The position numbers were made by a program, and so were the translations under genes. The notes under the pieces were generated by a model, which was not told where the DNA came from, did no database searches, and saw only the letters and a program-made list of their open reading frames with translations. DNA of 64,000 bases from Eledone cirrhosa (taxonomy: Eukaryota): assembly GCA_964016885.1 (NCBI GenBank), contig OZ024745.1, forward strand, positions 62,620,001-62,684,000, read 5' to 3'. Below are positions 43,030 to 56,697 of the stretch, in pieces. Every line of letters starts with the position of its first letter. Within the stretch, counting starts at the first letter, position 1.

Positions 43030-44089
43030 CTAATAAGTATGTATTATAATTCGCGCACACATTATTTCCTGTGAAATACATGGTTTCATAAGAAAAAAAA
43101 ACTCAGCCTATATTTGACATCTCTTCAGGCAAAAGTGTCAACAAATGGCTGACCATTATTTCGTAATTGTAAGGATGAGAAAAAAAAGTGAAATAATTCG
43201 GGGAATATAAACGCCAACTTTGGTATGTAAAACAGTTTACCTTGGAAAATATCAAGGAAAAATATATTTTCGAAAATTAACTTGTATTCATATATATTAC
43301 CAACATTTTCTAAATATATATGAGTGAAAAGCAGAGTTTTACGATTATCTTCAGCCCTACGTGTTTTCGTTATGTAAGTACAACGAATATGGTGGCATAA
43401 CGGACAGACCAGTAGACAAGAATTCCTTTGAAGTGGAGGGAATGTTGAGCAGGAAAGAGGTGCAATGATAAAAAGAAACCAGATGGGTATGAAGGTAGCA
43501 TATCCGTTGTTAGAGATTTGATGATGGTCTAAAAATGGTAAAACAGTGTTAGGTAACGTATGGTGTATATAATGGATGGTGTATTAATAGTGATAAGTTA
43601 GAATCTGGGAAATGGTAAAGTAATAGTAAGGTGGATTTTAAACGTTTATCTCTGCAGGATTTATGTTTGGAGTGGTGCCATGACGAGGAAGAGTGGGCAT
43701 ATTTTATATATTAAAATAATTTTTACCTGCCTATCTGATTTTGGAATCATGATGACCTATAAATGATTTAATTTCAGAGATATTCCGGTTTTCTAACTGG
43801 TACAAATCCCACTTCAGTTCGATCCATTACCATATCTGGTATTCATTTAATTTATGAAGTATACAGTTCTCTTCTAATTGCCATATTTGTATGGGCAGGT
43901 AACTGAGGATTGCACTTCTGGCATTCTGAAAGTAGAAACATGCATGTAAAATAACTGCATAAACTTATCTTCAAACCACTGCACATATTTATTGGTCATT
44001 TTTTTTTTGGTATACTCATATGTAAATTCTGCATTATTTAAAACATAATTCATATTAGAAAAACCAATATCGGTATCTTCAATTCAGTA

Positions 44090-44549
44090 TCCAAGCCAGC
44101 CCTTATCTACGGACATGAGGTTTAGTTAATTACTGAAGGAATACGAGCGCGAATACGAGCGACCGAAATGTGATCCCGGCAAAGGTTCTTTGGAATAACC
44201 TTACTCGATAAAGTGTGTAATTTAGGGATCAGAGTATCGCATCAGGTCGATCCACTATATTTCTCCGGATTGAGAGATTACAGCTGCGATACTATGAACA
44301 TGTAGTTAGAATGTCTTAGAAAAGAATCGCCGAACAGATTGTGCGGGAAACACTAACTGGTAGGAGACATAGGGGTAGAACCCGAGCGAGAGGGTGCAGT
44401 TGGAAACGGTTCTTTCTGACAGCACCCACTGATCCACTCACCAATAAATATGCGAAGAAGAGGGGGGGGGGAGAAGAAGGAGAAGAAGAAGAAGAAGAAG
44501 AAGAAGAAGAAGAAGAAGAAGAAGAAGAAGAAGAAGAAGAAGAAGAAGA
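44090..44549 (+). pseudogene. RTE LINE 3' fragment with (GAA)n tail
   Basis: PALIYGHEV, ITLLDKV, QLRYYEHVVRMS, GRRHRGRTR, followed by (GAA)n. Confidence 0.85.
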
Positions 44550-44899
44550 AACTTGTTGCAATAGGTGTTGCATCTTTTCTTGCATGTGCTAAACTTGTAT
44601 TTTCTAAGATCTTTAGTCCTATCTTATATTTTACTATTAGTTCTTTAGGGAACGTCTAAAATATATTCATTACAATTTCGTGATATGGACAGAATGTCAT
44701 TTCGGTATATACTGACGGAGAAATTTGTGGAATTTATTCATTATTAAGTCAAGAATATATCATACAGCTAATACAGTTACCATTGCTGTCTTTTGAATAC
44801 ATCAAATTTATCACGTGATTTAAATTTTGCCCAAATAGACCCTGGAACGTCAATTGTGAGATATATATAGTCCTTCCCTGATCATGTGCCATTCGTGTG

Positions 44900-45715
44900 C
44901 AGCATTTCTCAATTTTCTCGAGGTACTGACCAGTTTTTGGTGGTCTTAGATTCTTGTGTAACCTAGTGAGGTCGAAAAGGTGATGGAGTTGTTCCATCCG
45001 TTGTCAATCATTCTGGCAATGTGTCTTGCTCACTTCCATTTTGCTTTGCTAATGATTTCCAGGTTGTCGTGAATATTTGTTTTTTCTCTGATCCATTCAG
45101 TGGTTTGTGGATCCCCCCGGGGGATTATTAACATGTCCCTTTCCTGGGTTTTGGATTGTTCATAGATCTAGAATTTGCTTTTTTTGTTTGGGTCCAAGTT
45201 TCTGATCAGTATGTGTCGGTCGACAGAATACACTGGTCATAAACCTGACGTTTCGAGACAATTAGAATGTTTATTTTCTTGATGATGGCTAAGTCTACAA
45301 TCCCAACGTGATGCGGCGCGCGATATATTGTTCTTTGGACACCGAGCCCATTGAAATGCGCTGACGGAAGTCTCGTTGCTATTGTTAATGATGACCATGC
45401 CTGCATACTCAGCATATTTGTTGCACATGATTTTGTTGTTTTTTTGCGGTTCAAGCCCAAACCTTCTACTAAGCTAGCTCTGTTCAGTTTGCTGAGCATT
45501 TCTTGTAGTACTTATTTGTTGCTGTGAATATGGGGATATCGTCAGCCAACCTAAGGACATTTAGATATACAACGGCAATGTTGATTCCTCTTTCTCCACA
45601 TCTGAGTTTTCGAAAGTAGTCTTAGAGCTCTTTGGAGCACAGACCTCCATATGCCGTACTCCTCTTTGAACTTTATAAAGTGTTGACTTTGTGTATATGA
45701 TTTAGCAGATGTACA
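44900..45715 (-). pseudogene. RTE-like LINE RT relic (second family)
   Basis: NVLRLADDI, KRQVYDQCIL, EWIREKT, KWK*ARHIARMIDNGW. Confidence 0.75.
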
Positions 45716-46008
45716 CATGTGTTTGAGACTTTTGACTTAGACAGGCATGACACTCTATTATTGAAGCCACCCGATAACGCTCTGGATCTTAATATATTTA
45801 TACAGATAAGTTATTCTACATTACGATTGATACCTTTTTGTCATATATATATATATATATTGAGTATATGTTGGTTGTTTACCGACACCTCAGTATGCAG
45901 AATGGAGCACTCGACGAAGTACGTAGGTTGGTTTGGTTACTCCGGAGTAATGTAAAATAAAGTAATTAAGTCAAATATTTAAAATTTGGCTTTGTTTATT
46001 AAAGATGT

Positions 46009-46063
46009 ACTGCTATATATATTTCGGTGACAGCCATCATTGGCTGTGACCTCTTCAGGCAGT
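46009..46063 (-). ncRNA. Type I hammerhead ribozyme
   Basis: ACTGC-CTGAAGA-GGT(C)ACAGCCA atga TGGCTGT(C)ACC-GAAA-TATATA-TA-GCAGT. The element ends at (TA)n near 45860. Confidence 0.9.
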
Positions 46064-46464
46064 CCGAATTGGTGTGGTAGAGACAGGTACACATGTTGTG
46101 AAAGTGTTTTACTCCGTCAATAATCCGATGTGTCCAGCTCCTGGTTGGGTTGTTATTTCTCTGAGGAACTGGAATCATATGAATTCGAACAAACGAATTT
46201 CGGCATCATAGGACACTCTCTCCTCCCATTGGTCAGTTGTGAGAACATTCCTCAGTCAAAAGTCTATAGAAATTGTTTTCTGAGGCAAGACAATCTGTTT
46301 TGGTTGTTTTTGTTTAAGTACAGCTGACCTCCGCCCTTGTGGTTATTGGTGTTAGGGGTTTAGCTAGCAGGTCAGCCTTAGTTCTACTGCTGCTGTCTTT
46401 AGAAGAATGAGTGTGTGTGGGTTGACATCAATCCCACCACCCTTTCACGTGAGTGCCAAACAGA

Positions 46465-46727
46465 TATAAGATAATAAGATAAAGTATATAAGAAATAGAT
46501 AAATAAATAAAGTATATAAGATAAAGTATATAAGAAATAAGATAAAGTAAAATGAAGAAATAAAATATAAAAAAATAAAAAAATAAAAAAATAAAAAAAT
46601 AAAAAAATAAAAAAATAAAAAAATAAAAAAAATAAAAAAATAAAAAAATAAAAAAATAATAAAATAATAAAATAAGATACAATAAAATGAAGAAGTAAAA
46701 AAAAAAAATAAAAAAAAAAAAATAAAA
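46465..46727. repeat. A-rich (AAAAAAAT)n-like low-complexity tract
   Basis: Direct reading. Confidence 0.85.
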
Positions 46728-47312
46728 TGCGTGTTTGCTATAGCCAATATCAAATATCAAAGAAGAATAAAGTGCGTGTGTTATAGCCAATATCAAAGTT
46801 TGAAAGATTTGGAAAATATTGACTGAAGTAGAAAGGCTATGTGTCAGAATCGGGAAATGCAAAGGATTACGATCTTTACAATATCATGAGGTGGTGCGTT
46901 TTGAGAGCAAATGAGGCGAAAGTGGAGTGTAAAACACCATAACCTGAGTGTCAAAATCCGGAAATGCATAGGACCACAGTTTTTAATTCGGCACAGATTA
47001 CATATGCGTGTATGTCAACCCACATCGTTGCAAGCCCACACGCACAAACACGGGACCAGGTGATTCCCATATGCACACACACCCATACACACAGCCACAC
47101 ACACACAGTTTATACAAACACCCACACACCCATATACATATATGTATATATATACCCGCACACACACGCACACACACACATATACACGCACACACGCACA
47201 TACATGTAAGTATCAGTGCATGTACAATCTTAAATAACAAGATCTATGTATGGACATATGTATAAGTCTGTTGTGCTGCCATGTGTGTATGTATATATCT
47301 ATATCTATATCT

Positions 47313-47366
<54 letters not shown>

Positions 47367-48779
47367 AGGAGGATGTAGGGAGAGAGAGAGAGAAATATTG
47401 AGTGACAGAGAGAATTAGTCCGCTCGTAAAAATGTACAATGTTGTGCACGAGGAAACCTGGCATCAATTCCGTCCTCCGTGAAGCTCTTCAAATTCCATT
47501 AACTCGCTTTCCACACTGGTTTAACCAAATATTTCAACTTACTAAAGAAAACGCACATAAATAATTCTAGTTAGAAAGGAATTTACAACTGGATAAGATA
47601 GCCCGATGATATTTGATAATCGTTTTGGCAAAAATAGTCGTTATCAATAAAATTCTATATGCTTTATTTAATGTATAATCACTAGCGCGCCCAAAACACG
47701 TCCCTTAGAAAATCCCAAAATGGTTTTCCATGTGTGAACCGGCCATTTTACGTCTAGTTAGTACTTTTTAAAATCTGCTCCAGAATATCTCATCTGACCA
47801 CACAACTGGACAATTTAAATAGAATATATATACTCGCAAAACGTTAAAGCTATTACTGGTGCACATAGATTTATATAATATTTCAATAATTTTTAAAAAT
47901 ATGAAAAGCATATAAAATATTTATGAAATACATTGAATATGGTTCTTCTTCATACATTTATTCATAAACACTCTGTCTTGGTACTACGAAATTAACCTAA
48001 TTGAAATAGTATTGCTACTCGAAGAGAACTCTTTATTAATTAAGTACTTACAGGAATGGCAAGAAATTTTAAACATATTTTCTAAGAGATTTGATTGAAA
48101 TTCCTATTAATAAGGTCGATATAAATTTGTATTTGAAGAGAGTCGATTCACGAACTTTCCAGTATCTCTGGTTCTAATGGTTGGCAATTAATAGAATTGT
48201 TCAAACTGTATGGCTCAATTTGACTGTCATTGAGAATAAAGAAATAATATTTTAATGTATATGCAAATATGAATTTGAATACTTTATCGACAGAGAATAT
48301 GTTTCTGTTGAAGTTAGTTTGTAACTGACACAAACATACTTTTAAAATGCAAATGCCATTGTAATATTCAGTATGGGCTGATACTATAAAATCCTATTTA
48401 TCGAGGTCAGTATATTTCCATAAATTTATATAAAAAGTGTCACAATCATTATTGTTTTTCAGTAAATATAATAGTTATATAAGAAAAACTGAAAACGTTT
48501 GTTGCAGAAATATTTTATGTTGGTAAATTATAAATCCATATATTTTCAATTAATGTTCAAGAATTTATTTCCACACGAATCGATTTATATCTTCTTTCGA
48601 TTTGAAATGAGTGAAAGTGGAGTGAGAGAAAGAAAATGCGCGACGAACTAACGAGTATTCCCCACCTCCAAGTAACTTACCCTTGGTTACGGCGGACAAG
48701 ACGGAAAATACATTGTCTCGGAGGACTGCGAGGGAGACGCGCTGGAACAGCCAATTCACCTTGCGGGACTCGCATTTCT

Positions 48780-49906
48780 GTGATTGATGGAATATAATGT
48801 TTTGAAGTTACATTGTATTTCGTAATAAGTTTCATTCCTTTTCTTGTCTTGACAGATTTCCAAGGAAATATTTCATTCACCATTTCAATTTCCTTCTGAA
48901 TATTTATCCTCCGGGGTGGTTTCCTTTCTATTACCGTTGCGGCTACATAAATAACCTCATTAAATTATGATATATCAGGCTTAATCACTTCAAATATTGC
49001 TTTAACAGCCTGATTTCCAGTCCTATGAGTCTTATTTTTTCTGGTTGCTGCTTGTCAATTTTTGTAAAAATTCTCTTTCACCCACACTGATGGTTTGTTT
49101 GTTCCATCTAATCTTTGATATAAACATTAATATGAAGGCCACACTCAGTCACGAATGACCATGGTTTTGTACCAAGAAAGTTTCCCTCTGATCCACAAGC
49201 CTGGGCAAGGTTTGTTTTGTGGAAGTCCAGTAGTCGCTCATGCATACCAGTCTCCTCTCTCAACGCCACCGATGCTGTCCAAGGGCGATACAGCTTGGCA
49301 CCAATGACGTCGCAACTCATTTCTACGTGAAATAAAGTGTCTTGCTCAAGGACATAACGCAGCACCCGCTCCGAGAATCGAACTCACAACCTCTCAATTG
49401 CAAACCCAGTGGTCTAACCACTAAGCCATGTGCCTTCATCTGATCTTTAAATTCATGAGTAGAATTCGCTCATCATATTGTCAATCTGTCTTTCAGCTTG
49501 ACTTTGCTTTGTTGTGATACCTTTAATATTCTGTGAAATCTCTCCTACTGAATACGTTTTGTGGTGACAGTTCTGTCACATATTCATCTTTATTTATTTC
49601 TGATATCGGTGTTCTCAAACATTTTGCAACATTTTTCTTAATTTCATTCAAATCTGCATCTGTTATTCCCTTGTTTCTAAGAATACCTATTTTGATATGT
49701 GCTAATTTGATTTCGTGCTGGTTTGGTCGTCTTTCGGCACTTCGTTCCCTCCATACCCTAAAATATTTTACTGTCTGTTTTGATTTTGAGGGATTTCCCA
49801 ATGAGTGATACAATGCGTATATTGCGTCGTTGAGATTGTTGTCTTTCTTGTGTTGATGAACTTTAAGTGTTTTGTTGAGATTATTCTCGTTCAAATTACC
49901 ATCCAT
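48780..49906 (-). pseudogene. N-terminal relic of a probable R4/Dong-like LINE ORF, interrupted by a SINE
   Basis: VWRERSAERRPNQHEIKLAHIKIGILRNKGITDADLNEIK and NEVIYVAA..KPP..IQKEIE resemble, from memory, RLE-LINE N-termini. Confidence 0.45.
49127..49438 (-). mobile_element. tRNA-derived SINE (second family)
   Basis: Minus strand: GAAGGCACATGGCTTAGTGGTTAGACC..GAGTTCGATTC..GTGTCCTTGAGCAAGACAC-like head with A and B boxes. Confidence 0.85.
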
Positions 49907-50112
49907 GTTCGTATTTAGGGAAGAGCTTGTTTTTAGCTGCAGACCTTTCGAACATGGGCTGTCAGTACTCTAATGGACGCGGCCTTGATGACCCGGGGGA
50001 TGACCGACCTGGTATGAGTTTTTGCCTGTACACATTATAGGGCATTGTTTTTGACATCTTTATGCGTTTTATATTTCATCGCTTATGATTAAGATTATTA
50101 TTATTATTATTG

Positions 50113-50310
50113 ACTGGCAGTATCGGTAAAGCGTCGAACACCATGCGTCAGAGCATAGAGTAATGGCTCTTTTCGTTCTGGGTTTAAGTCCCGCTTTGTA
50201 GGTTCCTCCTTACGGTTTCGATAAAATAATTTACCCATAGTCACTGAGTTCGATTCAATCGACTATCCCCTTCTCTAAAAATACAGGCCTTGTGCCGAAA
50301 CATAAACCAT
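50113..50310 (+). mobile_element. tRNA-derived SINE (decayed)
   Basis: TGGCAGTATCGGTAAAGCGTCG head with the shared body. Confidence 0.7.
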
Positions 50311-50888
50311 TATTATTTTTTTTTTTGTTTTTGATTTTGTTTCTAAAGATATCTAAACGTTTAATTTAATTTGCCACAAAACCGATGAATGTGGTGGCAA
50401 TTAAAGTAATAATTCTTTGGATTGATCGGTTGTTACACGATATCCGACTCGTGGAAATTCTAATAGCAGGTGATGAACTAATTTTAAACAGAAATCATGT
50501 CAAATTTCTGTTTTAAATCACATGAAAAAACAACCAACATATTCTGCAGCTTTCTTTCCTTAACCGGAAACATGTTGCCTTGACAGCTTCTGTAAATGGA
50601 TTTAAATATTTACTAACGTATGTCTATCTCAATCATTATGTCATATATCAATCACCCGTGACAGTTTCCCAAACGTTAAATAAGATTAAGCAATTTTAAC
50701 AATGTATGTGTTTGTGTATACATACATACACAGAAACATATTCAAAAGTGTATGTGGTTTACAGGAAGATAAACAAATGTGATGACAACATTTGTGACTG
50801 ATTGTGTGTAAGTGCTCGCATATGTATGTATTCATTTACATAAGTAATCACACACACACACACACCTATATATGTACATGTATTTGTG

Positions 50889-50921
<33 letters not shown>

Positions 50922-50980
50922 ATATATATATTTGTATATATATATACATATGTACATACATATATATATATATACACATA

Positions 50981-51266
<286 letters not shown>

Positions 51267-51529
51267 AGTGAGGGTCTTTGCATGTGTATGTGCTCGAATG
51301 CATTATATGTCTACGAATGCATTATATATCTGTTATAAGTTCTTCTTCGCACAATTATTTCTTAGAGGGTCCTCAAATATTCCTTCATTGATAAGAGGAC
51401 TGTCTCAGATTTCGCAGCAGCTCATTTCATTCCAACTATGCAGCACTCAGTATCAAACCTATCAATTACAGGTCAGATATTAAATTCTGTCCAGTTAACA
51501 AGATGAGCAATTAGAGAGTTGAAATGTGC

Positions 51530-51880
51530 CAAGGCCACTGGGGAGCATGAAATGTGGCCCGAGATGTTAATAACCTTAAATAGAGAAGGTATTCTGTGAC
51601 TGCCTTCCTCGTCTATGGAAAGAAACATAAGCAATGGCCCGGGAATAATAAACCCAATTTTCCAAAAGCGAGATAAGCAAGATTTCTCTAAATTTAAACA
51701 TCATCGGTAACGTGTATGCTAAGTATCTAGCAAAGAGATGTAGGAAGATCTTCGATTTCAGGTTCGCTGATGAACAGTGTAGTTTTCTCCCCGTATGCAG
51801 CACTGTTAAGCAAACATTTATACTTCTGCAGTTCTTTGAGAAATCGTGGGAGTACTGCCAAGATGTGTATTCTTGCAGTT
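51530..51880 (+). pseudogene. RTE RT N-terminal fragment
   Basis: GNVYAKYLAKRCRKI..DEQCSFLPVCSTVKQTFILLQFFEKSWEY. Confidence 0.8.
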
Positions 51881-52057
51881 GTAAGTTATATTTTCAAATA
51901 TAAATATTATCTCATATTTAAATCTTGATTCCCTACAAGGAAAGAATGCTATGCGTCGTCATGTGAACGGAACAACATATACTGTATTACGTTTTTATAA
52001 AATGTAAGAATCATTGACTTTGTTTTATCAACAATGCTCATTCGTGCCATACTGATG

Positions 52058-52446
52058 GCACATCTGGCAGTGTCGGTAGAGCGTCAGATACCATGCTTTG
52101 CAACATAGGGTAATACACCTTTATGTTCTGGGTTCAAATCCCGTAGAGCTTAACTTTGCCTTTCATCATTACGGGGTCGATAAAATAAAGCACCAACCAG
52201 TAATGCACTGGGATAATTGCTGGCCTTGTGCCAAAAGTAGAAACAATTATATATAGGACGGTGCATTGGCAGTATCAGTAGAGGATCGGACGCTATGCTT
52301 TTCAACATAGAGTTACGGCTCTTTACGGTCTGAGTTAAAATCCCGCCGTGGTTAACTTTGCTTTTCATCCTTACGGGGTTGATAAAATAAAGCCCCTGTA
52401 ATGCACTGTGAATATTGCTGGCCTTGTGCAAAGAGTAGAAATAATT
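52058..52446 (+). mobile_element. Two head-to-tail tRNA-derived SINEs
   Basis: Units ~52058-52250 and 52256-52446, each with A/B boxes and the shared body. Confidence 0.85.
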
Positions 52447-53799
52447 ATATATATGGCTAGAAACATAATACGCCTTAAATATGGAGATTTGCTTATTCTG
52501 AAGTTATGTAGTGCCATCTTTGATTTGAGAAATGAAAGAAGCAACTTACAAAGAAATAATATTAAATTCGCAATCGACAAAAAGGAACATTATCAGGAAT
52601 TATAATTCCGAAATCATGAGAAACAGCGAGAGCTGTTTTCGAGTGTAGCGTAGAAATCGAGATATCCAGCGTACATAAATTCATAAACCAAATTACAAAT
52701 TAATTAAATCGCTAAGTTAGGAGAAATCCTCAACGAAACAGAAAATGTATGTATTAATGATAGGGATATCCACTAATATCTATACTAAAGCTTCCTCTTT
52801 GTAGATGTCATAGATTCAATTCCAAAAGATGTTAATCTCTATTGACAAAGTGGAAGCAAAGTAATCGTTAGAGTACACAAAGAAAAGCGTAGTGACTAAT
52901 TCATTTATACATACATACTTTAAAGTGAGTGCAAGTAGCTCGAATACAATATTATGTGTGCTAGACACTTCCTAATAAAATATTAGAGTGTAATCGATCA
53001 ATAATTAAAACAAATTTTCAATTTCATTTTTAATCACAATTAATCTGCAAGTTTAAACATGAGGCCAAATAGGAGAACAATTAAAGACGTCATTAAAAGT
53101 AACAACAAATTTTGATACTTGTTCGAAATGATAACTAAACATCCTTGTCAAATAACACCTCATCACAGCCTTATTCCTTGTACTGAAATATACAGAGAAC
53201 CACAAAAGCGTATATAAAAACCCACAGTTGCCATCGATTCCAGTAATGAGAATACCGACAATTTGCGAATTAAATAATGAAACTCAAAACAAAAATCAAC
53301 AACTTTCAAGAACACAAAAATCATTGGTTATGCTAGAGAGAATTATTACCATACTTCATTCCACATGAACACTAGATACAACTACAATATATATATATCA
53401 GGACCTAGCCTTGAACACAACATATAATCAACTTAACATTTCCAGCTTAGAAAACAACTTTCAGTTTACAAAATGACAGAGAAAGAAACAATACATCCTT
53501 CACAGAATTTGATGACGGTATACGATATCGAAATATTACTCGTGGTATACCTCTGTGTCTTCTGCAGATTAGGCTTTCCCGTAAAATCTATGCAAAGAGA
53601 TACACTCCACGCTCCTTCTCACCACATGTCCCTTTTACCAAATATGTTATCTATCAATTCAGAGATGTAGCAGCTCTGCTCTTCAGGAGCGGATACCTGT
53701 TAAACGATATATATATATATATATATACTATCGACTACCGCCCTAGTAATCCTGCATCATTGTGGAAAACACCCTCCAGTTCCTTAAATACCTCTACCT

Positions 53800-54700
53800 T
53801 CTTCAGTGTAACTCCACTCATGTGTAAAGGACACCCCGAAGGTTTTCATGAAAGGAGGAATGCGCCAGTGTTTGCATTACTTATTTTCATTCCTGTCATG
53901 CATAACCAGGCATAAACCTGTTTAATGCATATCGGAGATAACCTTCCAATGCATTAAATGGCACATATAAAAGGGTATTTCAATTCGGACATGAAAGCTG
54001 CAAGCGGTTGCCGGGCGATCATATACTCATGTAAAACCTTCCACAACTTTTCCGTGAAATACAGTCGTATGCATCTCTGGGGCCCACGTAATAAGAATGC
54101 ACAGTTATTTGAAGACCTGCCGCGCATCTCTATGCCAGACACTTACCTTTAACTGTATCGGAAAGCGTTATAAGGGGATTCCAGTGTAATTTTAGAGCAA
54201 CCTCTCTTCCCACAAATTTTAGAATTGGTATTATTATTTACAATTGCCATACAACGCGTGTTTTTACTGCAATCCATGCCCCCTGGCTCAGCACACAAGT
54301 CAACCAGAGTATAATCGTTCTATTGAAAGGTCAAAATTCATCGTCTAGAGCCGCATTTCATCGCTTTAGTTGCCCTGATGATCTCGTTCCCCGAAAGGTT
54401 AGTCTTAGTCCCGATATGCCCCTCAATTTCATACCAAGTTAATTTTTGTGACTGGGCTTAGGAAAACTGTAACGTATTTACTCTACTGGGTGAACATGCA
54501 CCTCACTTCAGAGAACCTAATAACAGACACGGGTAAGATTCACCATTACGAAACCGCCGGATAATCTGCCAGAACATTTATTTTTCAGACTCGTGCTTAA
54601 ACACACTGTTTTCACAATTCTTAACTTTGGACGTCTTTACTGCATATGTTGCAACCTTCACTGCTTGGGCGGTATCTTTAAACTCCTGAATGAAGAGCAG
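53800..54700 (-). pseudogene. Decayed RTE LINE RT region
   Basis: EIIRATKAMKCG and EKLWKVLHEY..QPLAAFMS. Confidence 0.55.
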
Positions 54701-56494
54701 AGGTTATTCTTGCACCATGTACTACACTGAGAATTCATGACAGTGAATATCATGGCAAAGTAAATATGTAGGGCAATCAGTCCTTATTAGTATTAACCTT
54801 TTATCCCGGTACAAGAAAAACTCGATACATTTGAGAACAGCTAGTTTATAGAATTTGGGTGTATTAAATGTCAAACTCTATAGGACCTATATATTAAATG
54901 CAAACTCTATAGGACCTAAATACCCTTAATACTGAAAACATTTTGAATAAGATTACAGCCAAGTGTGACTTAGCTGATTCAAGGACAGCAAACTATGTAT
55001 ATATGGATAATACACATATGATATCAATGTTATAGCCCACCTAAATATTAGTAGATATAAGTGTTAGTATCGTCATAACATTAAACAAGTTGAGAAATGT
55101 AAATTAGTAAACACCTTTTTAAACTATAACATCCGGAATTTTGTGAAAACGTACCATATTTATATCTTCACATGCACCATGGTAGAACATATTTAGCGTT
55201 TCTCATCTTCAGAAATGAACACTACATGTATGCGTTGTAGCAACTAAATATCATGTTACTTATGCTACCGTTATACCTTCAAATCTAAACATAAAATCAA
55301 AGAAACAAATTAGTATTTTATTCCGTCATACTACAATAGCTTCCTCTAATTGTTCTGATAACACGCATATTTGAAGTCGGAAGGTGTGTTTGATATCAAT
55401 ATATGTGAATTACATAGTTTCTCTTGAAATAGCATAGCGACACGTGGAATCAATTTCCATCAAAGTATTTCTTTCTATCTTCAATTAAGTTAACTAGCTG
55501 GAAGCAGTAAAACATCCAGAGAGAATGTGATCTTGCTATCGAATAACGGCATAAATAAATATATTATATTCCATCAACTATGTTCCATTGAAAACACAAT
55601 ATTATACACTTAAATTTAATATGAATATTTGTAAATGTATGTTCCGTGAGAAAACGCTTCAAGGGACATTTAATTCATCATTTATAAATTAACCATTGGA
55701 TTCTATGATATGTTTCCACTAACAACAGTTGGTATCCTAACCAAATATATTTGAAATAAGACCTGGGATGCAGACCAACATTTAAATTAATGAGATACGA
55801 AAATGCATGTATTGAGAGACATTTCGACTGTGACTAACAATAGCATTCCCCGGAAAGTGGGCAAGGAACTGGCAACATGAAGACATCTAGGGAAATGAAT
55901 AACCAGGATTTGCGATATAATGTTAAAAATAGTTAGAAAAAGAATGGTAGCACTCGCAGAGGTGTAAAGCATTGCAGAGTTTGTGGAAATATACACGATT
56001 TTAAACACCGTTAAAATATTGCTCTGCGAGTCATATCCCACATTCCACGCTGAATGCAAACGTGCAACTCGCTCTATACAGTAAATACACAAAATATCAT
56101 CAACGCTATACAATCTCTATCTATGAAACAACAGACAAATGAATTTTAAAATCGATAGCACATCCTAGCAACAACCTACACAATTCTGGTCCTCTAAAAT
56201 TGCTATAGATTAAAAAATATATATATATTCAACTATGCCGCTACTAACGTCTATAAAATAACATATAAATAAAAAACACTATAAAGAAAATATCATACCT
56301 CACTTTGTGTATATTCTGCGTAAGAGAAGAAACGATAAAATAATACAAGCACCCGAAACCATGATGAATTATACAAATGCATTCACAAAAGAAAATGTAT
56401 CATACTCATAAATATCAATGTAATACAACTGCTGGTAGAATGGAAAATCACACGAGGAATTGAAAATAATAATAATAATAATAATAATGATAAT

Positions 56495-56697
56495 AAGGTT
56501 TCTGATATAGGCACAAAGCCAGCAATGTTGGGGGAGGGCAAAGTCGATTAAATCAACCCAGTACGTGACTGGTGCTTTATTTTATCGACCACGTAAGGAT
56601 GGTAGGCAAAGCTAACCTCGGTGGGATTTGAACTCAGAACTTAACGGCCATAATTATATGCTGTGAAACATGTTGTCCGACGCCCCTTCGGTACTGT
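56495..56697 (-). mobile_element. tRNA-derived SINE with adjacent (AAT)n tail
   Basis: GAGTTCAAATCCC B-box on the minus strand and the shared body. Confidence 0.8.

Noticed and set aside
43070-43360. Two CTGAAGA motifs on minus near (TA)n
   Set aside because: Stem I and III do not pair convincingly.
49380-49438. tRNA gene
   Set aside because: A and B boxes belong to a SINE head. No full cloverleaf.
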